From the NCBI GenBank assembly GCA_963798085.1, contig CAWCRS010000007.1, positions 1,312,001 through 1,376,000 of the forward strand: a stretch of DNA of 64,000 bases. Direction: 5' to 3'. The notes under the pieces were generated by a model. That model was not told the origin of the DNA. It saw nothing but the letters and a program-made list of their open reading frames with translations, and did not search any database. Positions 1 to 10,393 of this stretch are shown piece by piece; position 1 is the stretch's first letter; every line of letters starts with the position of its first letter. Both the position numbers and the translations under genes were made by a program. The stretch comes from an uncultured Gemmatimonadales bacterium. GTDB lineage: Bacteria > Gemmatimonadota > Gemmatimonadetes > Longimicrobiales > RSA9.

Positions 1-1
1 G

Positions 2-1009
2 GCGCTGCTGGACATCCAGGACCAGATCAAGGCGCTGGGCCTGCCCATGCTGGTGCGCGATCGCACCGGGCAATACTCGGCGCAGGCTAACCTGCCGTTC
101 GAAGCTGACCTGCGCACGACGAGCGGACAGCAACGTGTGGCCGATTACGCCATGGCGCTGGAGAGACGGCGGCCGGAAAATGTGGTGGAGATGCCGGGCG
201 TGGGCGCCATCCTCTTCGGCGACCCGCCGCTGCTCACCTGGCTGCGTCTGGTGCCGTGGCTGCAGGTGTCGGGCGCACTGCTGCTGATCCTGGTCGCGGT
301 GGCGGTGATCCGTTCGGACATGCGGGCGGAGCGGGAGCGGTTGTGGGCCGCGATGGCAAGGGAGCTGGCACACCAAATGGGGACGCCGCTCTCTTCGCTG
401 GAGGGGTGGCTCGAAGTGCTGGAACTGCCACCCGCGGAGCGCGTCGCCTTTGCGCCCGACGAGTACATCGCAAGCGTCATGACCAGCAATGTGGAGCGGC
501 TGGGCCGCGTGTCGCGCCGCTTCGAGCTGATCGGCAAGCCGCCCGCGCTCGACCTGGTGGACGTGGCGGACATCGTAGAGGAATTGCACGACTATTTCAT
601 GCCGCGCATGCCCAAGTTCGGCAAGAATATCGCCGTGCGCATGCGGGTGCGTGACGACCTGCCCGCGGTGCGAGCTAACAGCGTGCTGCTGGCGTGGGCG
701 CTGGAGAATATCGTGAAGAACGCCGTGGATGCGCTGGGCGGTCGCGGCGGGCGCATCATCATCATGGCGCACCCGGATGCGGCGGGCGGCGTGCGCGTGC
801 AGATCGCGGATGACGGACCCGGCATTCCAGCAGGTCTGCGCGATCGTATCTTCGAGCCGGGGGTGAGCACCAAGTCGAGCGGGTGGGGTGTGGGCCTTTC
901 GCTGACCCGCCGCATTGTGCAGGACCTGCACCAGGGTCGCATTGCGGTGTACGGGCGCCGGCGCGGCGGCACCGTATTCGACATCACACTGCCGCCCGCC
1001 GTGACCTGA
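2..1009 (+). CDS. Sensor histidine kinase (5'-truncated by window edge)
   Basis: Frame is open from base 2. TM segment, H-box ELAHQMGTP, N-box ENIVKNAVDA, G1 DDGPGI, G2 GWGVGL. Confidence 0.9.
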   Translation, partial: ALLDIQDQIKALGLPMLVRDRTGQYSAQANLPFEADLRTTSGQQRVADYAMALERRRPENVVEMPGVGAILFGDPPLLTWLRLVPWLQVSGALLLILVAVAVIRSDMRAERERLWAAMARELAHQMGTPLSSLEGWLEVLELPPAERVAFAPDEYIASVMTSNVERLGRVSRRFELIGKPPALDLVDVADIVEELHDYFMPRMPKFGKNIAVRMRVRDDLPAVRANSVLLAWALENIVKNAVDALGGRGGRIIIMAHPDAAGGVRVQIADDGPGIPAGLRDRIFEPGVSTKSSGWGVGLSLTRRIVQDLHQGRIAVYGRRRGGTVFDITLPPAVT

Positions 1010-1011
1010 GC

Positions 1012-3304
1012 ATGGAGACTGCCGGTCGCAGCATGACATCGTATCTGGATCGACTGAACCCCGAACAGCGCGCAGCCGTCGAGCACTTCGAGGGCCCCAT
1101 TCTCGTACTGGCGGGAGCGGGTTCGGGCAAGACGCGCGTGCTGACGTCGCGCATTGCCCACCTGATCAACGAATTCGGCGTCGATCCTTCGCTCATTCTG
1201 GCGGTGACCTTCACCAACAAGGCCGCGGGCGAGATGCGTTCGCGCGTGCGCCAGCTGCTGGGCCGTGAGCCGGGCGGCATGTGGATCGGCACGTTCCACA
1301 GCGTGGGCGCCCGTCTGCTGCGCCGCCACGCCGCCATGCTGGGCTGGTCATCCAGCTTCACCATCACGGATGCCGATCAGGCACTGCGCGAAACGAAGCG
1401 CACCATGGAGCGTCTGGGCATTTCCGAGAAGCAATGGCACCCGCAGGCCGTGCACGGCGCCATTTCCGCCGCCAAGAACGCGCTCGTGCTGCCCGCCGAG
1501 TACGAACAGCTGGCAGCCGACGCCTTCACGACGGTGGTGGCGAAGATCTATCCGGAATACCAGCTATCGCTGAAACAGCAGAACGCCTTCGACTTCGATG
1601 ATCTGCTGGTCTCGCCCATCACGCTGTTGCGCGAGCAGCCGGGCCTGCTCGAGCGGTACCGCCAGCGCTTCCGCTTCATTCTGGTCGACGAATACCAGGA
1701 CACGAACCGCGCGCAGTACGTCTTCCTGAAGATGCTGGCGGAAGCGCACGGCAATCTGATGGTGGTAGGCGACGACGATCAGTCCATCTACGCGTGGCGA
1801 GGCGCCGACATCCGGAACATTCTCGATTTCGAGAACGACTTTCCGGGTGCGCGTGTGGTGCGACTCGAGCAGAATTACCGCTCGACCAGCACCATCCTGG
1901 ACACCGCGAATCACGTGATCGCGCAGAACACGCAGCGCAAGGGCAAGACGCTGCGCACGGATGCGGGCCCGGGTGAGCGGGTGACGCTGGTGGAAGCGCT
2001 GGACGAGCGCGACGAAGCGGACTGGGTCGCGACCGAGCTGGACGCGCGGCTGAAGGAGGCAGGGCGCTCGCTGCGCGATTTCGTGGTGCTGTACCGCACC
2101 AACGCGCAGTCACGCGCGTTCGAAGAGGCGTTCCGCCGCCGCGACGTGCCCTACCAGATCGTGGGCGGCACGCGCTTCTACGAACGGCGCGAGATCATGG
2201 ATGTTCTCGCCTACCTCCGGCTCATCTCGAATCCGAAGGACGCCGGCGCATTCGACCGCATCATCAACTATCCTCGCCGCGGCATTGGCGACACGACGCA
2301 GGCCCGGCTGCTGCAATGGGCGGCCGAGCGCGGCATGACGCCACTGGAAGCGGCCGCGCGCGCGCAGGAATGCCTGGAAGTGCGCGGCGGCGCCATCACC
2401 TCGCTGGTCCATTTCGCAGAGCTGATCCAGCGTTTCAGTGCACTCGCGCTGCATCTCCCCGTGGGCGAGCTGCTCGAGCGTCTGGTGGAGGAGGTCGGCA
2501 TTGCCAATGCGCTGATCGGATGAAGGACCCGAAGGCGAGGAGCGGCTCGACAACGTGCGCGAGCTGGTCGCGGGCGCGCACGAGTACACGGACCTCGAGC
2601 CGGAAGAACCGGACGACGTTCCCGAAGCCGGCGCCACCCAGCTCGACCTGTTCCTGCAGAAGGTATCGTTGCTGACCAATGTCGACCGGCACGATCCGCA
2701 GGCCGAAGCCATCACGCTGATGACACTGCACAACGCCAAGGGGCTCGAGTTCCCATACGTGTTCATTGCCGGGCTCGAGGATGGCCTGTTCCCGCTGGCG
2801 CGCGCCTTTGATGACCCGGCCATGCTGGAAGAGGAGCGGCGGCTGTTCTACGTGGGCGTCACACGCGCCCGCCGCAAACTCTACCTGCTGCACGCGCGCA
2901 GCCGGCGGCGTGCCGGCGAGATCATCGACTGCATTCCGTCGAGTTTCCTGAAGCCCATCCCCGCCACGTTGACCGAGCAGCGCACCACACCCGCGCTGGA
3001 GCGTCGTCGCCTCGAATCCTCGACGCCCGACCGCGCCTGGCAGCGTCGCGCCGCCCCCAGCCCCTCGCCTCGCTCGACGCCCTTCGATGACGATTCCGGG
3101 CGCGGCGTCTACATCGACTACACGGACGCGCAGGATGTGCCGCGCTTCGTGAAAGGCGAACGCGTGCGCCACCCCGAGTTCGGCCGCGGCACCATCCGCG
3201 AGCTGTCCGGCTTCGGCCCCGACCTCAAGGCCACCATCGAATTCGACGGCGCAGGCCGCAAGAAGGTCATGGTCCGGTACGCCAATTTACAGAAGGAGCT
3301 TTGA
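1012..3304 (+). CDS. pcrA: ATP-dependent DNA helicase PcrA/UvrD; one apparent +1 frameshift near 2518
   Basis: AGAGSGKT, TFTNKAA, DEYQD, VGDDDQSIY, LEQNYRS, TLHNAKGLEF, EERRLFYV and a C-terminal V-H-FG-G domain. Removing one base at atc-g-gat restores ANALI-DEGPEGEERLDNVREL. Alternative start at 1033. Confidence 0.93.
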
Positions 3305-3346
3305 AAGGCGGTTGCATGGCCGGCATGGGTGTGGCTGTCAGCGTTT

Positions 3347-3783
3347 GAACTGCGTTTCTGGGGCAGGGGCTCGGGCTGGTTGCTCGGGAACGGATTGACG
3401 CACTAACGGCTAACTGCGTTTCTCGGGCTGGCGCTTGGGCTGGGCCGGGGAGCCACGACTCGTTTGGCTCGCGGCGACGTCTCCGGCACGCGCACCGTCT
3501 GACCGCACCGGTGCGCGGCATGGAACGCCGACTCCGTCCCATCCTGCCTCCCCCCGGAACGTCCTCGTGGCAGACTCCACCTGCGCAATGCCCTCCCGAA
3601 CGAGATATCGTCGCTACTAACATACTGTTATAAGTGAGCGATCGACCGCGAAAGAACGGCCGGGGATGCGCCGCGAACCCGAAGCGTCGTGAGTTCCCAG
3701 CCCCCAGAAACGCCGTTCTCTGTTGATCCGTTCCCGAGCAACCAGCCCCAGCAACCAGCCCAGTAACGCCGTTCTCCCAGGCC
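3347..3783. repeat. Intergenic inverted-repeat element of the GGGCTGGG/AACGGAT family
   Basis: 3373-3395 GGGCTGGTTGCTCGGGAACGGAT is the exact reverse complement of 3726-3748. Additional imperfect arms at about 3347-3372 and 3690-3718. Confidence 0.8.
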
Positions 3784-3880
3784 GATGTCGCCAATCCGCC
3801 TGGTTCCGCGCCGTACGAGGTGTGAAACGCTACCGGCAGACTCCGGGGCGGACTCTGCTTCCTCGAACACACGGTTTGCC

Positions 3881-5191
3881 ATGAAAGCGGGAATGCGGCT
3901 TACGGTTCTGAGTTGTCTGGCGCTGGGCGCGGCGGTGCCGGCGCGGGCGCAGACGGGAGCGCAGGATTCGCTGCGGCTGGGCCGGTTGCAGGCGCAGGCG
4001 GTGGCGGGTGATGCGCGGCAGCGCGAGTTCGGTCTGCTGGCGAAGCAGACGGAACTGCGGCTGGGCAATCTCTCGGCCGAGAGGCTGCCGGCGCTCGCTG
4101 CGACCGCGGGCGGGCAGTATCAGTCGGCGGTATTCGGCGGCGGCTCGCTGCCGGCCGGCCTTTCGTTTGCCACACCTTCACGGGACACGTACGACAGCCG
4201 GCTCGAGGTCGAGCAGTCGCTGTTCGATCCCACGCGGAGTCCGCGCCGGGGCGTCGAACAGGCGAAGCTGGCCGAGTCCGAGGCGGGCGTGAAGACCGCG
4301 CTCTACAGTCTGCGGCAGGAAGTCAACGAGTCGTTCTTCAACGCGGCGCTGCTCACGGAGCGCAGCCGCATCATTGCCGCCAGCATTGCCGATCTCGATC
4401 AGCGCCTGCAGGAGACGCGGGTGCGTGTTCGTGAGGGCGAGGCACTGCCAGGCGACGCGGCCGCGATCCAGGCGACACTGCTCGAGCGGCGGCAGGAGCA
4501 GCAGCAGGTCGAGGCTGACCGGCGTGCGGCGCTGGCGAGGCTCACCGAGCTGACGCGGCAGCCCCTGGCGGCCGATGCGCCCATTGCGCTGCCCGACCTG
4601 TGCGAGGAAACCGAACAGGCGAGGCAGGGACTGGCGCAGCTGCGCAGCCGTCCGGAATACGAGCAGTTCGATCGCACGCGCGACCGCCTCGCGCGCGAGC
4701 AGACGGTGCTGTCCGCCGAGCTGCGGCCGAGCGTCTCGGCGTTTGGCCGCGCGGGCTACGGCCGCCCCGGCCTCAATCCCGTCAGCGACCAGTTCGACCG
4801 TTATTACGTGTTAGGGCTGCAGGTGAAGTGGGCGCCCTGGAACTGGGGCACCACGCAGCGCGACCGCGGCGTGCTGGCCGTGCAGCAGCGCATCGTCGCG
4901 GCGGAAGAGGCGGCCTTCACCAGCGAGCTGGTGCGTTCGATCCAGAGCGATGTCGCGGACATTGATCGCCTGGACGGCGCGCTCGGTCTGGATGACCAGA
5001 TCGTCGCGCTGCGGCAAGGCGTCGAGGACGAAACCCGGCTGCGCCTCCGCGAGGGCGTGGTGACCGCGTCGGAGTACCTCGACCGCAGCACCGATGTTCT
5101 GCAGGCACGACTCACGCGGGCTCAGCATCAGGTGGAGCAGGTACAGGCCCGGGCCCGCCTTCTGACCACACTCGGACTGGAGATCCGCTAA
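3881..5191 (+). CDS. TolC-family outer membrane efflux protein
   Basis: Signal peptide, two OEP-like repeats (ERLPALAA, LRPSVSAF, W-PWNWG). First gene of an efflux operon. Confidence 0.88.
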   Translation: MKAGMRLTVLSCLALGAAVPARAQTGAQDSLRLGRLQAQAVAGDARQREFGLLAKQTELRLGNLSAERLPALAATAGGQYQSAVFGGGSLPAGLSFATPSRDTYDSRLEVEQSLFDPTRSPRRGVEQAKLAESEAGVKTALYSLRQEVNESFFNAALLTERSRIIAASIADLDQRLQETRVRVREGEALPGDAAAIQATLLERRQEQQQVEADRRAALARLTELTRQPLAADAPIALPDLCEETEQARQGLAQLRSRPEYEQFDRTRDRLAREQTVLSAELRPSVSAFGRAGYGRPGLNPVSDQFDRYYVLGLQVKWAPWNWGTTQRDRGVLAVQQRIVAAEEAAFTSELVRSIQSDVADIDRLDGALGLDDQIVALRQGVEDETRLRLREGVVTASEYLDRSTDVLQARLTRAQHQVEQVQARARLLTTLGLEIR

Positions 5192-6117
5192 TGCGATACA
5201 CGAATCGACTGGGCCAGGGCGTCGTCCTGGTCGTGACGGCGGCACTGCCCCTCAGCACGGCATGCGATCGCGGTGATGCACCGGACGCATACGGCAATTT
5301 CGAAACAACGGAAGTGGTGGTCTCCGCGGAGACCTCCGGGCAGCTCGTGTGGTTCACACCGGATGACGGCGAGCGCATCGAGGCGGGATGCATGGTAGGG
5401 GTCGTGGACACGGTGCAGCTGACGCTGGAGCGCGCCGAAATGATCGCGCAGCGTGATGCCAGTCGCTCGCGCGCCGTCGAAGTTGCGAAGCAGATCGACG
5501 TGCTGCAGGCGCAGTACGAGATCGCCGAACGCGCGTATGGCCGCACGCAGCGGCTGCACCAGGCGCAGGCCGCAACGACACAGCAGATGGACCAGGCGGA
5601 GCGCGAGTATCGCGTGCTGGGCGAGCAGATCCAGGCGACGCGGGCGCAGCGCGAAACCGTGCAGCACGACATTGCCTCGAGCGCCTCGCGCATTGCGCAG
5701 ATCGAGGATCGCATCCGGCGCAGCCGGATCGCGAACCCGCAGACGGGCACCGTGCTCACGAGTTACGCAGAGCCGGGCGAGTTCGTACAGCAGGGTCAGC
5801 CGCTCTACAAGCTGGCGATGCTCGATTCCATGGAGCTGCGGGCGTACATCACGGAGCCGCAGCTGGCACAGGTACACATTGGACAGACGGCCGAAGTCAC
5901 GATCGACGCGGGCGCGCGTGCCCGCCGCACGCTGCACGGCCGCGTGTCCTGGATCTCGGCCCAGGCCGAGTTCACGCCCACACCCGTACAGACCCGCGAA
6001 GAGCGTGCGGACCTGGTGTACGCGGTGAAGATCGTCGTCGCCAACAACGATGGCGTGCTCAAGATCGGCATGCCCGCTGACGTTCGCTTCACACCCATCA
6101 CCACGGCGGCCCGATGA
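5191..6117 (+). CDS. HlyD/YbhG-like membrane fusion protein (probable lipoprotein)
   Basis: LSTAC lipobox-like motif, YGNFE, AEFTPTPVQTREERADLVY, LKIGMPADV. Confidence 0.9.
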   Translation: MRYTNRLGQGVVLVVTAALPLSTACDRGDAPDAYGNFETTEVVVSAETSGQLVWFTPDDGERIEAGCMVGVVDTVQLTLERAEMIAQRDASRSRAVEVAKQIDVLQAQYEIAERAYGRTQRLHQAQAATTQQMDQAEREYRVLGEQIQATRAQRETVQHDIASSASRIAQIEDRIRRSRIANPQTGTVLTSYAEPGEFVQQGQPLYKLAMLDSMELRAYITEPQLAQVHIGQTAEVTIDAGARARRTLHGRVSWISAQAEFTPTPVQTREERADLVYAVKIVVANNDGVLKIGMPADVRFTPITTAAR

Positions 6118-7052
6118 GCGACGCGGTCGTGGTAACAGGGCTGAGCAAGCGTTTCGGCGCGACCGCGGCGGTGAGCGACGTCTCCCTCGCGGTGAAGCCG
6201 GGCGAGCTGTTCGGCTGCATTGGCCCGGACGGCGCAGGAAAGACCACGCTCATCCGCATGCTCGCGACATTGCTGGTGCCGGATTCCGGGAGCGCGCAGG
6301 TGCTCGGCCATGACGTGGTGAAGGATCTGTGGGCACTGCGGCCGCGGCTGGGCTACATGCCGGGCAGGTTCTCGCTCTATCCCGACCTCAGCATCGAGGA
6401 GAACCTGCGCTTCTTCGCGTCCGTGTTCGGTACGCGGCTGGAGCGCGAGCGCGAGCAGATCGCGCCCATCTACGTGCAGCTCGAGCCCTTCCGCAAGCGG
6501 CGCGCCGGTGCGCTGTCCGGTGGCATGAAGCAGAAGCTCGCGCTGTGCTGCGCACTGGTGCACCGCCCCGACATTCTGTTCCTGGACGAACCGACGACGG
6601 GTGTCGATGCGGTTTCACGCCGCGAGTTCTGGGAGCTGCTGGCCAGCTTCAAGGCGGCCGGCCTCACCATCATCGTGTCGACGCCGTACATGGACGAAGC
6701 CACGCGCTGCGATCGCATCGCGCTGATGCAGAACGGGCGCATCCTGGCGGTGGATGCACCGCAGGCGATCACGGACTCGTTCGACAGGCCGCTGTTCGCG
6801 GTGCGCTCCACGGAACGCTACCGCACACTGCTGGCGCTGCGTGACTACGCCGGCACCAACACGGTGTTTCCTTTCGGCGAGGTGTTGCACTACACGGACC
6901 GGCGTACGGGCACGGCGGCGGACGCGATCCGCGCCGAGCTGCTCGCATACCTGGCCGCGCAGGGCTTCCGTGATGCCACGGCAGAGCCGATCCCGGCAAC
7001 CATCGAGGACAGTTTCATGGCCTACCTGGGCCGCACGCGGGAGGCAGCATGA
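6114..7052 (+). CDS. ABC-2 type transporter ATP-binding protein
   Basis: Walker A GPDGAGKTT, signature LSGGMKQK, Walker B LFLDEPTTG. Confidence 0.93.
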   Translation: MSDAVVVTGLSKRFGATAAVSDVSLAVKPGELFGCIGPDGAGKTTLIRMLATLLVPDSGSAQVLGHDVVKDLWALRPRLGYMPGRFSLYPDLSIEENLRFFASVFGTRLEREREQIAPIYVQLEPFRKRRAGALSGGMKQKLALCCALVHRPDILFLDEPTTGVDAVSRREFWELLASFKAAGLTIIVSTPYMDEATRCDRIALMQNGRILAVDAPQAITDSFDRPLFAVRSTERYRTLLALRDYAGTNTVFPFGEVLHYTDRRTGTAADAIRAELLAYLAAQGFRDATAEPIPATIEDSFMAYLGRTREAA

Positions 7053-7795
7053 ACACGAGTGTGGCGATTCGCGCTGAGGATCTCACGCGCACGTTCGGCA
7101 GCTTCACCGCTGTGGACCACATCAGCCTGGAAGTCGCGAACGGCGAGATCTTCGGCTTCCTGGGCGCCAACGGCGCCGGCAAGACCACGGCCATGCGCAT
7201 GTTCACGGGACTGCTCGCGCCCAGCAGTGGCAAGGCCTCGGTGGCCGGGCACGACATCTATTCGGGCAGCGAATCGATCAAGCGATCGATCGGCTACATG
7301 AGCCAGCGGTTCTCGCTCTACGAAGATCTGACCATCCGCGAGAACATCCGGCTCTACGGCGGCATCTACGGCCTGTCGTCCCGCGTGGTGCGCGAGCGTA
7401 CGTCCGCGATGCTGGGCCGGCTGGGGATGGAGCAGTCGGCTGATCTGCAGGTGCGCTCGATTCCGCTGGGCTGGCGGCAGAAGCTTTCCTTCTCTGTGGC
7501 GTTGCTGCACGAGCCGAGCATCGTGTTCCTGGACGAGCCCACGGGCGGCGTCGATCCCATTACGCGGCGCCAGTTCTGGGAGATGATCTACCAGGCGGCC
7601 GCGGCCGGGACCACGGTGCTGGTAACAACACATTACATGGACGAGGCCGAGTACTGCGATCGCATCTCGATCATGGTGGCCGGGAAGATCGGCGCCATGG
7701 GCACACCCTCGGAGTTGAAGCGCGAGTTCCAGACGGATTCCATGGACGAAGTCTTCGTGCGGCTGGCGAGGCCGGCCGGGAAGGTGGGCTCATGA
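7049..7795 (+). CDS. ABC-2 type transporter ATP-binding protein (second ATPase, YbhF C-half-like)
   Basis: GANGAGKTT, degenerate signature PLGWRQK, FLDEPTGG, TTHYMDEAE. Confidence 0.93.
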   Translation: MNTSVAIRAEDLTRTFGSFTAVDHISLEVANGEIFGFLGANGAGKTTAMRMFTGLLAPSSGKASVAGHDIYSGSESIKRSIGYMSQRFSLYEDLTIRENIRLYGGIYGLSSRVVRERTSAMLGRLGMEQSADLQVRSIPLGWRQKLSFSVALLHEPSIVFLDEPTGGVDPITRRQFWEMIYQAAAAGTTVLVTTHYMDEAEYCDRISIMVAGKIGAMGTPSELKREFQTDSMDEVFVRLARPAGKVGS

Positions 7796-8895
7796 ACGCG
7801 TTGCGCGGTCTGCTGGCCAAGGAGATGTACCACATCCTGCGCGACCGGCGTACGCTGGCCGTGGTCGTGCTCATGCCGGTGGTGCAGGTAGTACTGTTCG
7901 GCTTCGCCATCCGCACCGACGTGAAGGACATTCGCCTGGCCGTTGTGGATCCCTCGCCGGATCACGTGACGCTCGAGATCCGCAACCGGCTGGAAGCCAG
8001 CGAGGCGTTCCGCTCGGTCGCCGTGCTGCGCAACACCGGGACGCTCAACGAGCTGTTCGGCAGCGGCGAGGCACAGGAGGCCGTGGTATTCGAGCCGGAT
8101 TTCGCGACACGTCTGGCAAAGGGCCAGACCGCGCATGTGCAGATCATTGCGGACGCGACCGAGCCGAACACCGCCAGTACGCGGCAGAACTATGCGCTGT
8201 CCGTGATCCGCGACTACGAGCGCGAGATCAGCGGCGCAGCGGCGGGCGTGCAGATCGTGCCGCAGATGCGGATGCGCTTCGACCCCACCGCGGAGAGCTC
8301 GCACCTGTTCGTGCCCGGCCTCATGGCTTTCGTGCTCACGATCATTTCCGCGCTCATGACGGCGATCTCGCTGACGCGCGAGAAGGAGACGGGCACCATG
8401 GAGGCGCTGCTGGTGTCGCCGTTGCGGCCCTGGCAGATCATTGTGGGCAAGGTGCTGCCCTACCTCGCGATCGGCTTCGTGGGCGTACTGCTGGTAATCG
8501 CCGAGGCCAGGGTCGTGTTCGATGTGCCGCTGCGCGGCAGTCTGCTGCTGCTGCTGGGCGAAGGCCTGCTCTTCATCCTCGTCTCACTGGCGCTGGGGAT
8601 GATGATCTCGGCCCGCACATCGTCGCAGCGTGTGGCCATGATGGGCGCCATGATTGGCACCATGCTGCCGACAATGCTGCTCTCCGGGTTCATCTTCCCC
8701 ATCGAGAGCATGCCCGGGATCCTGCAGTGGATCTCGAACCTCATTCCGGCCCGATGGTTCGTCAGCGTGGCGCGCAGCATCATGCTGAAGGGCGTCGGTC
8801 TCGATCTGCTGTGGCCGCAGACGCTGATTCTCTGTGTCATGGCCTTCGTTCTCCTGGCAGTCAGCACACGGTCCTTCCACATCCGACTGGACTGA
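7792..8895 (+). CDS. ABC-2 permease (YbhS-like)
   Basis: KE-HILRD, VPGL, REKETGTMEALLVSP, LLSGFIFPIESMP; multiple TM segments. Confidence 0.9.
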   Translation: MNALRGLLAKEMYHILRDRRTLAVVVLMPVVQVVLFGFAIRTDVKDIRLAVVDPSPDHVTLEIRNRLEASEAFRSVAVLRNTGTLNELFGSGEAQEAVVFEPDFATRLAKGQTAHVQIIADATEPNTASTRQNYALSVIRDYEREISGAAAGVQIVPQMRMRFDPTAESSHLFVPGLMAFVLTIISALMTAISLTREKETGTMEALLVSPLRPWQIIVGKVLPYLAIGFVGVLLVIAEARVVFDVPLRGSLLLLLGEGLLFILVSLALGMMISARTSSQRVAMMGAMIGTMLPTMLLSGFIFPIESMPGILQWISNLIPARWFVSVARSIMLKGVGLDLLWPQTLILCVMAFVLLAVSTRSFHIRLD

Positions 8896-8898
8896 AAA

Positions 8899-10050
8899 AT
8901 GAGACAGACTCTTGCACTGGCGTGGGCCGAAGTGCTCCACGTCGTTCGCGACAAGGCCACCATGGCGCAGGTCATGCTCGTGCCCGTGGTGCAGCTGCTG
9001 ATCCTGGCGAATGCCGCGACGTTCACGATCCGCGATACGCCGACCTACATCGTCGACCAGGATCACACGCAGGCATCACGCGGCCTGGTGCAGCGCTTCA
9101 CGGCGTCCGGCAACTTCCGCATCACGGGAGCATCGGGCTCGACCGACCTCGCGAATGAGGCGATGCTGCGCGATGAGGCCAGCCTGATCGTGGTCATACC
9201 GGCCGATTTCGAGTCGTCCCTGATGCGCACCGGGCAGGCGGGCGTGATGCTCTCCGTGAACGCAGAAAAGGGATCGGCCGCAGGCATTGTGCAGGCATAC
9301 TCGGCGGACATTCTCGCTGCCTATTCGCGCGAGCTGGGTGTCGAGCTGCGTCCCAGTCTGGCAACCGTGCGCGAGCCGGCCCGCATCGGGCCGCAAACCG
9401 GCACCGCGAGAATCGAAGGTCGCGTGCGCAGCTGGTACAACGCCACGCTCAACTACAAACACTACATGGTGCCGGGCATTCTGGTCTCACTCGTCACACT
9501 GATCGGCACCATGCTCTCGGCGCAGAATATTGCGCGGGAAAAAGAGCTGGGCACACTCGAGCAGCTCAATGTCACGCCCATCACGCGCGGCCAGTTCATC
9601 ACGGCCAAGCTGCTGCCCTTCTGGGCGCTGGCCATGATCGACCTGGGCATCGGCCTGGTGATCGGCAGGCTGGTCTTCGGCGTGCCCATGCGGGGCAGCC
9701 TGCTGCTGCTGTTCGGCGCCGCCGCCGTGTACCTCATTGTGGCACTCGGCATCGGCCTGCTCATCTCGACACGCGTGGAAACCCAGCAGCAGGCGATGTT
9801 CGTGACCTTCTTCATCATGATGATCTACCTGCTGATGAGCGGGCTGTTCACGCCCGTCGACAGCATGCCGCACTGGGTGCAGGTGGCAGCGGAGTTCAAC
9901 CCGGTGCGTCACTTCGTATCCATGGCGAGGGCCATCATGCTGAAGGGCGCAGGCCTGAGGGAGGTCATGCGGCCGCTGCTGATCCTCATCGGCTTCGCGG
10001 TCGCGACGTTCGGTCTGGCCGTTCAGCAGTATCAGAAGCGGACGGCGTAA
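8899..10050 (+). CDS. ABC-2 permease (YbhR-like)
   Basis: WYN, MVPGI, REKELGTLEQLNVTP, MSGLFTPVDSMP. Confidence 0.9.
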   Translation: MRQTLALAWAEVLHVVRDKATMAQVMLVPVVQLLILANAATFTIRDTPTYIVDQDHTQASRGLVQRFTASGNFRITGASGSTDLANEAMLRDEASLIVVIPADFESSLMRTGQAGVMLSVNAEKGSAAGIVQAYSADILAAYSRELGVELRPSLATVREPARIGPQTGTARIEGRVRSWYNATLNYKHYMVPGILVSLVTLIGTMLSAQNIAREKELGTLEQLNVTPITRGQFITAKLLPFWALAMIDLGIGLVIGRLVFGVPMRGSLLLLFGAAAVYLIVALGIGLLISTRVETQQQAMFVTFFIMMIYLLMSGLFTPVDSMPHWVQVAAEFNPVRHFVSMARAIMLKGAGLREVMRPLLILIGFAVATFGLAVQQYQKRTA

Positions 10051-10084
10051 GCGGCGCGGCGCTGGACGAACATCGTCGCATACA

Positions 10085-10124
10085 ATGAAACAGGCGGTGG
10101 GGTGCTCCCACCGCCTGTTTTCAT
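10085..10124. terminator. Rho-independent terminator, probably bidirectional
   Basis: AAACAGGCGGTGGG-gtgct-CCCACCGCCTGTTT followed by T, directly after the ABC operon. Confidence 0.8.
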
Positions 10125-10393
10125 TCATGGAAGCGGCGTGGGAAACGGGCCGGCCCGTCTCCGCCATGCGGCCGGCCCGCGAAGTGACGCCCCCTCCTGC
10201 CAGCCCCGCCATCCGGGCCCATGTCGCTCCCGCACCTCCGGCTGCGCCTTCCTCACTGTGAGCGCCTCGCGCTGTGCGGCGCAGGCGATCCCTCGATCGA
10301 ACACGCGAAGCAGGACTTGTCATGCGAACAGCAGTGTCACGCAACGGGCTGGCAGGATGTCACGCACATTCGGCGGACGCAGAGGAGGGTCAC

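Noticed and set aside
2500..2560. TGA in pcrA as readthrough/selenocysteine or a programmed frameshift (likewise ald and guaA)
   Set aside because: A single extra base explains each break. No slippery site or SECIS is evident, and the window has many similar indels.
3347..3783. CRISPR array or IS element
   Set aside because: Repeats are inverted and degenerate with no regular spacers; no cas gene, transposase or clear target duplication.
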